A stretch of 64,000 nt of DNA from an uncultured Acidobacteriota bacterium (GTDB taxonomy: Bacteria > Acidobacteriota > Vicinamibacteria > Vicinamibacterales > CAVVIG01). The notes under the pieces are model-generated. The model made no database searches. It worked only from the letters and a program-made list of their open reading frames with translations, and had not been told where the DNA came from. The position numbers and the translations under genes were made by a program. Positions within the stretch are counted from its first letter, which is position 1, and every line of letters begins with the position of its first letter. Below, one piece after another: positions 9,720 to 17,592 of this stretch. The stretch is taken from positions 320,563-384,562 of the forward strand of contig CAWACZ010000017.1 in assembly GCA_963780685.1 (NCBI GenBank), written 5' to 3'.

Positions 9720-10100
9720 TTATGCGGTCCGCCCTTTCGATCGGGCCGATAGCCAGGCGCGGGCGTCCGCCGCGTTGCCCTCCGAAAAAAACTCCACAGG
9801 GGCTTTCCGCAGGTCCGCGGCCGCAAACATCAGCGACTCGCTCCGCCATCTTTCGTCCCCGACGATGGCGATTCGCTCGATCATTCCACCGTGCTTCACG
9901 TAAAACGTCAGGTCGCGCCAGTCATCGTGCGGCTTCCACCCCTCAAATTCCTCGAGAAGGAACAGGAGTCTTACGGGGCCGACGCGGCGCATCTCCTCGA
10001 TCAGGACGTCCTGACATCGCTCGAAATCGTCCTTGCTCAGCGTCCCGCGAATTTCGACACGGAAAAGATTATCATGCTCGTGGTGCACCGTCATCGACAT
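9720..10100 (-). CDS. STAS/SEC14-like (DUF3478-type) protein
   Basis: Trimmed from listed ORF 9720..10376 to the Met at 10100. LFLLEEFEGWKPHDDWRDLTFYVKHGGMIERIAIVGDERW matches the DUF3478/STAS pattern. Lies 14 nt upstream of the 7291..9705 gene. Confidence 0.6.
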   Translation of the reverse strand: MSMTVHHEHDNLFRVEIRGTLSKDDFERCQDVLIEEMRRVGPVRLLFLLEEFEGWKPHDDWRDLTFYVKHGGMIERIAIVGDERWRSESLMFAAADLRKAPVEFFSEGNAADARAWLSARSKGRTA

Positions 10101-10229
10101 TGGAATCGGTACGGGGAGAGCAGGGAGCGTGCCGGCGGTCCCAATGCATCGCCCCAACCGCATCGCGTCCTTTACGGCGGGTTGACTGACGGCCGATCGG
10201 CTGTGCCAGGTCGCCGGTTCCTGATGTGC

Positions 10230-10264
10230 CTCCGCGAGACCGGAGTCCCTCCGAAATGCCGTGC
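10230..10264. promoter_or_regulatory. tandem palindrome element, copy 1 (candidate bEBP enhancer site)
   Basis: CTCCGCGAGACCGGAG tcc CTCCGAAATGCCGTGC. Lies in the divergent intergenic region between the STAS-like and DUF4136 genes. Confidence 0.4.
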
Positions 10265-10327
10265 GGCACCCCGGACCTCTCTCGAGATTGCGCCGCCATC
10301 GGCGGGAGCGATCCGCAGGCCCTCGTG

Positions 10328-10343
10328 CGGCGTGACAATTGCA
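10328..10343 (+). promoter_or_regulatory. candidate sigma-54 -24/-12 promoter
   Basis: CGGCGTGACAATTGCA. GG (10329-30) and GC (10341-42) have GG-N10-GC spacing and the -12 TTGCA is perfect. 65 bp downstream of copy 1 and 52 nt upstream of the ATG at 10395. Confidence 0.35.
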
Positions 10344-10394
10344 CCACCGCTCTTGATCCGAGGTCAAGGCCGTCACCCGAAAGGAAAGGTAGAT

Positions 10395-10940
10395 ATGCAG
10401 AAGAAACTCCTGATTGTTATTGCACTTGTGCTAGCGCCGGCTCTGCTCGTTGCGCAGAAGGTTTCCTACGACTTCGAGAAAGCTGCAAACTTTGCGGCTT
10501 TCAAGACTTATGCGCACAAGGACGGGACCAAAGTCGGGCAATCCCTGATCGACGATCGTATCGTCGCCGCCATCGAGACGGAGCTTAGCGCCAAGGGCTT
10601 CACGAAGTCGGAATCGAGTCCCGACGTGTTCGTCGTCTACCACGTGGCCTTCGACAAAGAGAAGGACATCTCGTCGTACAGCTCCGGCTATGCCGGCGGA
10701 TACGGTGCGTATGGCTGGGGTTGGGGCGGGGGTATGGGTACGACGACGACACAGGTGCGGGACATTCTGATCGGCACACTCGTGATCGACATGGCCGACG
10801 CGAAGAAGGGGCAGCTGGCCTGGCGCGGGATGGGAGTCAAGGAAGTCGACACGCAGGCCAAACCCGAAAAACGCGATAAGAGCATCAACAACGCGGTGAA
10901 GAAGATTTTCAAGAATTACCCGCCGAAGGTGAAGACGTAG
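10395..10940 (+). CDS. DUF4136-like secreted protein or lipoprotein
   Basis: Trimmed from ORF 9891..10940 to the ATG at 10395 (GGAAAGG upstream). Signal peptide MQKKLLIVIALVLAPALLVAQ. VSYDFEKAANFAAFKTYAH and PDVFVVYHV are typical of DUF4136. Confidence 0.65.
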   Translation: MQKKLLIVIALVLAPALLVAQKVSYDFEKAANFAAFKTYAHKDGTKVGQSLIDDRIVAAIETELSAKGFTKSESSPDVFVVYHVAFDKEKDISSYSSGYAGGYGAYGWGWGGGMGTTTTQVRDILIGTLVIDMADAKKGQLAWRGMGVKEVDTQAKPEKRDKSINNAVKKIFKNYPPKVKT

Positions 10941-11003
10941 GTCGAACGCCAGCCTGAGGGCTTGGAAGGGAAAGCCGAGGCCGCACGCCCGGAGACCGAA
11001 GCC

Positions 11004-12659
11004 TTATGGGAGCTTCGGCCGCGACAGCCCCAGTTTGGCCATACGCGTCTCGAGGGTGGTGGGCCTGAGCCCGAGTCGGTCTGCCGCCCCACCCGATCCG
11101 CGAATGCGCCAGCAAGTGCTCTCCAGGACGCTGCGGATATGCTCTTTCTCGACGTCCGTCAGCTTGACGCTGCGTTTTCCAGCAACAGGCGAGGGCGTCG
11201 GTACGGCAATGGTCAGCCGAGTGCCGGTCGTGACGATCATGGCGCGCTCCACGACATTGCGCAGCTCGCGAATGTTGCCTGGCCATGAATACGCTTGCAG
11301 CGCGGCCATACTCTCCCTGGGGATGGCCTCGATCCGTTTGCCGAACGCATTCGAGAATGCTTCGACGAAGCGCCACACGAGAATGGGGATGTCTTCGACG
11401 CGATCCCGTAGCGGAGGCACCATGATGGGGAAGACATTGAGCCGGTAGAACAAGTCCTCGCGAAACGCTCCGTCGGCGATCCGTTGCTCCAGATTCCGGT
11501 GCGTGGCCGCAATGATTCGCGTGTCCACGCGAATACTTTTTGGGCTGCCGAGCCTCTCGATTTGGCGCTCCTCGAGCACGCGTAGTAACTTGACCTGGGT
11601 TTCGACTGGCAGATCGCCGACCTCGTCGAGGAAGATGCTCGAGTGGTCCGCCAGCTCGAATCGTCCCACCTGACGGGCGAGGGCGCCTGTAAACGCGCCC
11701 TTCTCCCGGCCGAACAACTCGCTCTCCATGAGCGTGGAAGGAATCGCGGAGCAGTTCACGCGCACCATCGTGCGCCCGCGCCTCGCGCTCAGCTCATGGA
11801 TCTGCGCGGCAAAGAGCTCCTTGCCGGTTCCGGTCTCACCAAGCAGCAGCACCGTCGAGTCGGTGGCCGCCACCTGCTGCACCTGTTCCAGGACTCGGCG
11901 GACGGCTGCGGTCTCTCCGACGATGTTGCCGGTGCCAAGACGATCCTGGGCTTCGCGCCGGAGGTACAGGTTCTCGGCCCGCAACTGGTCGCGCAACCGT
12001 TCCACTTCCGCGAGCGTGTTTTGGAGCGCTTCGTCGCCTTGCCGGCGTGCCAGAACGTTCCCGAAGGCCGTGGCGAACACCCGAAGGCGATGCACCTCCT
12101 CCGGACGCCACGTGCGTTCCCGGCGCACCATGTTGAAGCCGACCGCGCCCACCACCCGGCCGTCAACGGACAGAGGCACCGTCACGGAGGACCTTGTGCC
12201 GAACGACTCGCACGCGGCGCGGTCGATTGGGTTCGGAATGTCATCGACCCTCGAGAAGCTCACCACGCCACCGGCGAGCAGGGTCTCGAGCGCCCACGGA
12301 AAGCGCTCCCTGGCCGAAGTCGGCGCCGCGACCGGCGCGATGCCAGGACTCTCCCAGCTCACCGGGGCCACCAGCATGCCGTCCGGCTGAATCCTGAAAA
12401 AAATACAGCCGTCGAGACCCAGGGCTTCGCCAATCTGTCGAAGGGCCGCTCGAATCGCTCCGTCGACCTGGTCGACGGGCAGGTTGATGAACTGCACCGA
12501 CAACTCGGCGACGACCCGCTCGAGCTCCAGTTGCCCCTGCAATCTGAGGTGGTTTGTCTCTTCGAGGTTGGGGAAGGACTCGGCAAGACGATGCAAGTGC
12601 TGGCGATCGAGCGCGATCTGACCAAATCGAGTCGCGGGCGATTCGGCTAACTCAGGCAT
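11004..12659 (-). CDS. sigma-54-dependent Fis-family transcriptional activator with GAF-like sensor domain
   Basis: N-terminal ~230 aa GAF-like region, [30 protein letters not shown] and WPGNIRELRNV. C-terminal HTH GGAADRLGLRPTTLETRMAKLGL. Confidence 0.9.
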   Translation of the reverse strand: MPELAESPATRFGQIALDRQHLHRLAESFPNLEETNHLRLQGQLELERVVAELSVQFINLPVDQVDGAIRAALRQIGEALGLDGCIFFRIQPDGMLVAPVSWESPGIAPVAAPTSARERFPWALETLLAGGVVSFSRVDDIPNPIDRAACESFGTRSSVTVPLSVDGRVVGAVGFNMVRRERTWRPEEVHRLRVFATAFGNVLARRQGDEALQNTLAEVERLRDQLRAENLYLRREAQDRLGTGNIVGETAAVRRVLEQVQQVAATDSTVLLLGETGTGKELFAAQIHELSARRGRTMVRVNCSAIPSTLMESELFGREKGAFTGALARQVGRFELADHSSIFLDEVGDLPVETQVKLLRVLEERQIERLGSPKSIRVDTRIIAATHRNLEQRIADGAFREDLFYRLNVFPIMVPPLRDRVEDIPILVWRFVEAFSNAFGKRIEAIPRESMAALQAYSWPGNIRELRNVVERAMIVTTGTRLTIAVPTPSPVAGKRSVKLTDVEKEHIRSVLESTCWRIRGSGGAADRLGLRPTTLETRMAKLGLSRPKLP

Positions 12660-12782
12660 ATTTCAAGAAGTTGTACATCATGGTCTTGCCCGTCGTGATC
12701 AACCCCTGAGACTAGAGACTTATCCGCCGAATCAGCTATGCAGATTCGGCAGAACAAGGTTGGAGTGGCGTGGTTCGAACTG

Positions 12783-12817
12783 CTCCGGCATCCCGGAGTA
12801 GGTCCGCCATATCGGAG
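12783..12817. promoter_or_regulatory. tandem palindrome element, copy 2 (candidate bEBP enhancer site)
   Basis: CTCCGGCATCCCGGAG tag GTCCGCCATATCGGAG. The first 16-mer has perfect palindromic arms. Lies between the GAF-bEBP gene and the DUF3302 operon. Confidence 0.45.
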
Positions 12818-12907
12818 GCTAGGGCCGAAAGTCGAATAGCAACCCGTCGTCGGGTGTAGCCTCGGCACGTCATTGATTTAGAGTCGCGACAACGCTCGAC
12901 ACCGCCA

Positions 12908-12923
12908 TGGCATGGCGAGTGCT
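12908..12923 (+). promoter_or_regulatory. candidate sigma-54 -24/-12 promoter of the DUF3302-HlyD-OMF operon
   Basis: TGGCATGGCGAGTGCT. GG 12909-10 and GC 12921-22 (GG-N10-GC). Compare consensus TGGCACG-N4-TTGCW. 92 bp downstream of copy 2 and ~78 nt upstream of the start at 13001. Confidence 0.5.
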
Positions 12924-13000
12924 GTAGATCGAACTCCAATCATCGGGCGAAAGTGCTTCGGTCTGCGACCACCGTTCCTTGTTTCAGACACGATTAGGAT

Positions 13001-13570
13001 ATGGCTATGGCTCCAGAGCACTCGATCAGTAGAGAACGGTGGACGAGGCGCAAGACCCTTCGTCTGATTGCAGGCACGTTGACGTTCGGCGTGTTTCTGT
13101 CGTTACCACCGCAGGCGCATGCTTCGTTGCTCTCGCACGAGGCTGAGGACAAGCTGGCCAGTATTCTCGCCCTCGTCGTGATCTTCCTAGTCCCGATCGT
13201 GCTCATCGTCTTGTTCTGGATGGTGCATATCCTCCCCGAGAAGATCGCCCACAAGCGGCACCATCCGCAGTTCGAGGCCATACGGACGTTGTGCCTGCTG
13301 TCCCTGGTGTTTGGGGGCCTTCTCTGGCCGTTGGCCTGGCTGTGGGCGTATTCGAAGCCGGTCATGTACAAGATGGCGTACGGGACGGACAAGCATCCGG
13401 ATGCGCTTGCAGATGAAGAACATGCGCTCGACCAGAACGTGGGGACAGCCGATCTCGTCGACCGATTGGCGCGGCTCGAGAAGCGGGGTGTTCCGACGTC
13501 TGAATTGACAACCCTTCGCGCCGATCTCGAGGCGCTCGAGGCAAGGTTCGCAGACGAAGAGGCACGTTAG
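13001..13570 (+). CDS. DUF3302-family inner-membrane protein (YiaW-like)
   Basis: LALVVIFLVPIVLIVLFWMVHILPEKIAHKRHHPQFEAIRTLCLLSLVFGGLLWPLAWLWAY matches the DUF3302 pattern. Sits immediately upstream of a HlyD gene, as in yiaW-yiaV. Confidence 0.7.
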   Translation: MAMAPEHSISRERWTRRKTLRLIAGTLTFGVFLSLPPQAHASLLSHEAEDKLASILALVVIFLVPIVLIVLFWMVHILPEKIAHKRHHPQFEAIRTLCLLSLVFGGLLWPLAWLWAYSKPVMYKMAYGTDKHPDALADEEHALDQNVGTADLVDRLARLEKRGVPTSELTTLRADLEALEARFADEEAR

Positions 13571-14845
13571 ATGGAGATTATCCTCCTCGGAATTTATTCG
13601 TTTTTCGTGTGGTTGATCTTCATCAAGCTGAAGTTATTGCCCTGGACGACGCCCTGGAAGGTGGCCGTCGCGATCTTCCCGGTGGTGGCGATTGTAGTGA
13701 TGCTCCTGCTTTTGAACATCTTCGCGCCCACGACGAGCGACGTCAGGGTCGTCAATTATGTCGTGCCCGTCGTGTCGCAAGTCAGGGGGCGCGTGATCGA
13801 AGTCCCGGTGGAAAACAACCGCCCGGTGAAGAAAGGCGATGTGCTGTTCCGAATCGATCCGACGCCCTACGCCAACGAGGTCAATTCGCTCGCAGCGAAG
13901 CTGGTGTCGGACGAAGCGAAAGTCGGGGCCGATCGCCAGCGACTCAATGAAGTACAGGCGCGATTGGCGGACGCACAATCGAGTGAGCGGCAGCTCCATG
14001 AACAGTTGAACCAAGCCACCGGCCAGGTGGAGTCCCTGTCGGCATCGCTCGACTTGGCCCGGAAACGGGTCGAGCAGAACACCGAGCTCGTCGCCGCGGG
14101 GGCCGGCAATCGCTTCGATCTGGATCAAGCACAGACGAAGGTCAACGAGTTGACAGCGCAAATGGCTGCAGCCCGCGCGGCCGAGCAACAGGTCAGAGAA
14201 AAGCTGTCAGGCCGTGTCAACGGCGACCTCGCGACCGTAGCGGAGGTGAAGGCGCAAATTGCCACGGCCCGGGCGCAGGTGCAGGTCTCCGAGGCCCAGG
14301 TCGACACGACCCGCGCCCAACTCGAGAACGCCCGATGGGACCTGTCGCAGACGACACTCGTCGCCCCGGGCAACGGCACGATGGTGAACGTGATGCTCCG
14401 CCCCGGCTTCTTCGTGGCCGGCGTGCCGTTCAACGAGGTCATGACGTTCGTCGACGAGGAGTATCAGATCTTCGCGTTGTTCGGGCAGAACGAGCTGCAC
14501 CAGGTCGTGCCGGGGAACGAGGCCGAGATCACGCTCGAGACCTACCCGGGACGCGTCATCAAGGCCCATGTGGATTCAATCATCTGGGCTCAGGGACAGG
14601 GGCAGGTCGAGGCCTCGGGCGACCTGCCGCGGACGACCTTTGTCCCGCCGCCCGGCCGGTTTCCAGTCAAGCTCGTGGTCGGCGAGCACGATCGCAAGCT
14701 GTTTCTGGCTGCAGGCGCCCGCGGATCTGCCGCCATCTATACGGATTACCTCTCCCTGATTCACATTATTCGAAAAGTACTCCTGCGGGTGGCGTCGTAT
14801 CTGGACTACGTCATCATCAAGCACAGCATCAGCTTGGGCCACTGA
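13571..14845 (+). CDS. HlyD-family membrane fusion protein
   Basis: N-terminal TM, lipoyl-like motif (VKKGDVLFRIDP), a long coiled-coil and a beta-barrel C-terminus. ATG follows the upstream TAG directly. Confidence 0.85.
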   Translation: MEIILLGIYSFFVWLIFIKLKLLPWTTPWKVAVAIFPVVAIVVMLLLLNIFAPTTSDVRVVNYVVPVVSQVRGRVIEVPVENNRPVKKGDVLFRIDPTPYANEVNSLAAKLVSDEAKVGADRQRLNEVQARLADAQSSERQLHEQLNQATGQVESLSASLDLARKRVEQNTELVAAGAGNRFDLDQAQTKVNELTAQMAAARAAEQQVREKLSGRVNGDLATVAEVKAQIATARAQVQVSEAQVDTTRAQLENARWDLSQTTLVAPGNGTMVNVMLRPGFFVAGVPFNEVMTFVDEEYQIFALFGQNELHQVVPGNEAEITLETYPGRVIKAHVDSIIWAQGQGQVEASGDLPRTTFVPPPGRFPVKLVVGEHDRKLFLAAGARGSAAIYTDYLSLIHIIRKVLLRVASYLDYVIIKHSISLGH

Positions 14846-16353
14846 TGGATCGCGTGATGCCCGATCAGTCGGTTCACCGCCATCGTTCGCAGACGGCTCG
14901 GGGGCTTGGGGGCTTCGTCGCTCCGCTCGTGGCCGCCTTCGTACTCGTGATGACGGCGTCGTGCATCCTGAAGAAGCCACCGAACGCGACTGCCATCAAA
15001 GAACAGGCGTTGCCAACCGTGGAGCTGCCTGCGCAGTGGACGGCGGCTGGCGCGGGTGCAGGCCCTGTGACCAACAACTGGATCGTCACGTTCCGCGACG
15101 ACCAGCTGCTTGCCGCCGTCGTCGAGGCCATCGCCTACAACGCCGACCTGCGTGTAGCCGCTGCGCGTGTCGAGCAGGCGCAGCTCTATGCCAAACTCGC
15201 CGGAGCGAAGCTCTACCCGTCGGTCGATTTCCTGGCCCGTGGAGGCGGCGAGATGTCGGGCGACAACTCCGGCCTGCAGGGGGCGGCGCTCACGGTGACA
15301 TGGGAGGTCGATCTTTGGGGTCGGGTGAGATACGGCCGCGCGGCTGCTGCTGCCGATGCAGCCTCAGCCGGGGCCGACTTCGAGTACGCGCGTCAGTCGA
15401 TTGCCGCGCTCGTGGCCAAGAGCTGGTTCCTGACTACCGAAGCGGCGTTGCAGGCCAACGTGGCGCGCGAGACCATTCGAGACGGCGACGAGCTGGTTCG
15501 CCTCGCTCAAACACGATCGCAAGTGGGCGTCGGCAGCGATGAGGACGTTTTCGTGGCCCGTGGCACGGTCGGGAGTTACCGCGACAGCTTGCGCCAGGTC
15601 GAACAGGCACGTGAACAGGCGATTCGGGCACTGGAGCTCCTGCTTGGCCGATATCCGGCGGCCGCAGCGAGCGTCAGGGCGGAGCTGCCGGGCCAGCCTG
15701 AGGCGGTGCCAGCGGGCCTCCCGTCCGAGCTCCTCGAGCGCCGACCGGATGTGGTCGCTGCCGAACGGCGCATCGCGGCAGCGTTCAACCGCGTCGGCGA
15801 GGCGAAGGCCGCCCGTCTCCCAGCGATCGCGCTGACGACCGGCGTCAACAGCATCTCGAGCGAACTCTTCGTGCTCCAGGATCGCGAAAACCCCGCCTGG
15901 AACTTTGGCGCGAATCTGCTCGCGCCTGTCTTCAGAGGAGGGGCGCTCAGAACGCAGGTCGAGATTCGGACCGCCGAGCAGAAACAGGCTATCGCCGCGT
16001 ACGCGGTTGTCGGCCTGCGTGCGTTCGGCGAGGTCGAGAACGCCCTCGCGGCGGAGATTGCGGCGCGCGAGCGCGAGCAGATCCTCGGCCAAACGCTCTC
16101 CGACTTTCAGCGCGCGCTCGAGATCGTTCAGACCCAATATCGGGTCGGGACCACCGATCTGCGGTTCGTGACACAGCGGCAACTGGCGCTGAACGCCGCG
16201 CAGGCCGCTCTCATCCGTGTCCAGGCTGAACAGCGCGTACAGCGGGTCAACCTGCATTTGGCGCTGGGAGGCAGCTTCGAGCCGCGCCCGACCACCCAGC
16301 CCGCCCAACCAGGGTCGACTCCGGTCGACCCTACCGCGACCCCTTCCCGGTAG
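14845..16353 (+). CDS. outer-membrane efflux lipoprotein (NodT/OMF family)
   Basis: Start set at ATG 14845, overlapping the HlyD stop (ATGA). Lipobox-like LVMTASC. Two OEP repeats with a typical coiled-coil pattern. The listed ORF 14335..16353 N-terminus overlaps the HlyD gene and is not credible. Confidence 0.8.
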   Translation: MDRVMPDQSVHRHRSQTARGLGGFVAPLVAAFVLVMTASCILKKPPNATAIKEQALPTVELPAQWTAAGAGAGPVTNNWIVTFRDDQLLAAVVEAIAYNADLRVAAARVEQAQLYAKLAGAKLYPSVDFLARGGGEMSGDNSGLQGAALTVTWEVDLWGRVRYGRAAAAADAASAGADFEYARQSIAALVAKSWFLTTEAALQANVARETIRDGDELVRLAQTRSQVGVGSDEDVFVARGTVGSYRDSLRQVEQAREQAIRALELLLGRYPAAAASVRAELPGQPEAVPAGLPSELLERRPDVVAAERRIAAAFNRVGEAKAARLPAIALTTGVNSISSELFVLQDRENPAWNFGANLLAPVFRGGALRTQVEIRTAEQKQAIAAYAVVGLRAFGEVENALAAEIAAREREQILGQTLSDFQRALEIVQTQYRVGTTDLRFVTQRQLALNAAQAALIRVQAEQRVQRVNLHLALGGSFEPRPTTQPAQPGSTPVDPTATPSR

Positions 16354-16530
16354 TACTTCTGCGGGCTGCTCCGAACGTCGGTGCCACGAGGCTGACCGTT
16401 TATCGAGTCGTGAGCGCGTCGGCGGATGGCGTGGCAGGCCTGCGCGTGAGCCACTGTTTCATCGCAGGAAACAGCCGGAGAGCGACAATCTGCTGCCTTC
16501 GTTCGCGGCTTCGTCGTTAAGCGGTTGTAA

Positions 16531-16565
16531 CCCCGGAATCCCGGAGTTCATCCGACATGCCGGAC
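16531..16565. promoter_or_regulatory. tandem palindrome element, copy 3
   Basis: CCCCGGAATCCCGGAG ttc ATCCGACATGCCGGAC. Lies inside a 570-nt non-coding gap. Confidence 0.4.
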
Positions 16566-16662
16566 GACCGGCAGAGTGCGTTCTATCCCTCCGGATGAGA
16601 TTACCGCCGTCAAAAATCGAGCATAGAAGAGGTTAGCCCCCTTGCAGACTGACTCCGCCAGA

Positions 16663-16678
16663 TGGCAACCGCCGTGCA
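16663..16678 (+). promoter_or_regulatory. candidate sigma-54 -24/-12 promoter
   Basis: TGGCAACCGCCGTGCA. GG 16664-65 and GC 16676-77. 99 bp downstream of copy 3 and ~250 nt upstream of the ATG at 16926. Confidence 0.45.
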
Positions 16679-16925
16679 CTCCGCACGTCGCCGGGCGATG
16701 CTCCCTACAGGCACGTTCCACGAAGCACTGAACGTGAGTCTCGAGGTGATCCTCGGGTTTGGCCGAATCCGTGAAGAGTTGCCATGAGTCGGCGAGTGCG
16801 AAAGGTTCTGCTCTTTATAGTGAATGAAGAATAGAAGGAGAGCGCCAGTCATGAACATTGTCAAGTCGGTCACCCTCGTCGCACGCAGACCTGGAAACGT
16901 TTCGCATTCAGGCAGAGGAGGCTTC

Positions 16926-17477
16926 ATGAGCACGAAGAGATTCGCCATGTACGCAGCAGCCTTGGTTCTCCTTTCGGCGCCCGTCTCGGCGCAACAGACA
17001 GTCACCCAGCCGGGCAGAGAGATAACGGTGACTGGCACGATTCAGGAGATCGATTACACCACCCGTCTCGTCACGCTTCGCCGCGCCGACGGCACCGACG
17101 AGATCGTCTACGCGCCGACCGCGATTACGCGCTTGAACGAGCTCAAGGTCGGCGACCGCATCAACACGAGATACTACGAGTCGACGATTCTCCAGCTCAG
17201 GAAGCCCGGCGAGGCTTCCTCAGCACCGGCGGGCTCAGCCGTGACGCCAGGAACGGGCGCACTGCCAGGAGGCACGGTCGCGCGCCAGGGATCGATGACT
17301 GTTACGGTAAAAGCGGTGGATCCAGCGATTCCCTCGATTACGGTGACGACGCCCGGCGGTCGTACCATATCCAAGAAGGTGCAGCAGGCATCGAACCTCG
17401 CCAACGTCAAGGCCGGCGATCGAATCGATATCACCTACACTGAAGCGGCAGTCATCTCTGTCGAACGGGCGCAGTAA
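16926..17477 (+). CDS. secreted protein of unknown function with two related beta-rich halves
   Basis: Start set at ATG 16926 (GGAGG SD, signal peptide MSTKRFAMYAAALVLLSAPVSA). Halves end ...VGDRINTRYYES and ...AGDRIDITYTEA. An alternative upstream ATG at 16851 has an AAGGAG SD. Confidence 0.55.
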   Translation: MSTKRFAMYAAALVLLSAPVSAQQTVTQPGREITVTGTIQEIDYTTRLVTLRRADGTDEIVYAPTAITRLNELKVGDRINTRYYESTILQLRKPGEASSAPAGSAVTPGTGALPGGTVARQGSMTVTVKAVDPAIPSITVTTPGGRTISKKVQQASNLANVKAGDRIDITYTEAAVISVERAQ

Positions 17478-17493
17478 ACGTGCGGGCGTTTTT
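17476..17493 (+). terminator. weak intrinsic-terminator-like hairpin
   Basis: AAACG-tgcggg-CGTTT followed by a T run. Overlaps the TAA stop of the upstream gene. Confidence 0.25.
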
Positions 17494-17592
17494 ACCACTT
17501 CGTGCCTGGTTCTTTTTTGATGCTGAGTGCGAATCGCTTCACTAGCATCGGACGCGAACCAGGTACGAGGTACGACACAGGGGGTCCTGAAC

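Noticed and set aside
10108-10122. Plus-strand GGTACGGGGAGAGCA with GG-N10-GC spacing.
   Set aside because: It lies upstream of, not downstream from, palindrome copy 1 and ~270 nt from the next plus-strand start. The -12 is GAGCA. It is kept out as a likely chance match.
14335-14844. N-terminal 170 codons of listed ORF 14335..16353.
   Set aside because: This stretch overlaps the HlyD gene in another frame and translates to Arg/Gly-rich sequence. The OMF lipoprotein signal (LVMTASC) and the ATGA-coupled start are at 14845.
16631-16646. AGGTTAGCCCCCTTGCA as a sigma-54 box in the 16.4-16.9 kb gap.
   Set aside because: The spacing is GG-N11-GC, one base too long, and the -24 half is poor. It would fit only if the C5 run contains an insertion error. 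The element at 16663..16678 fits without any such assumption.
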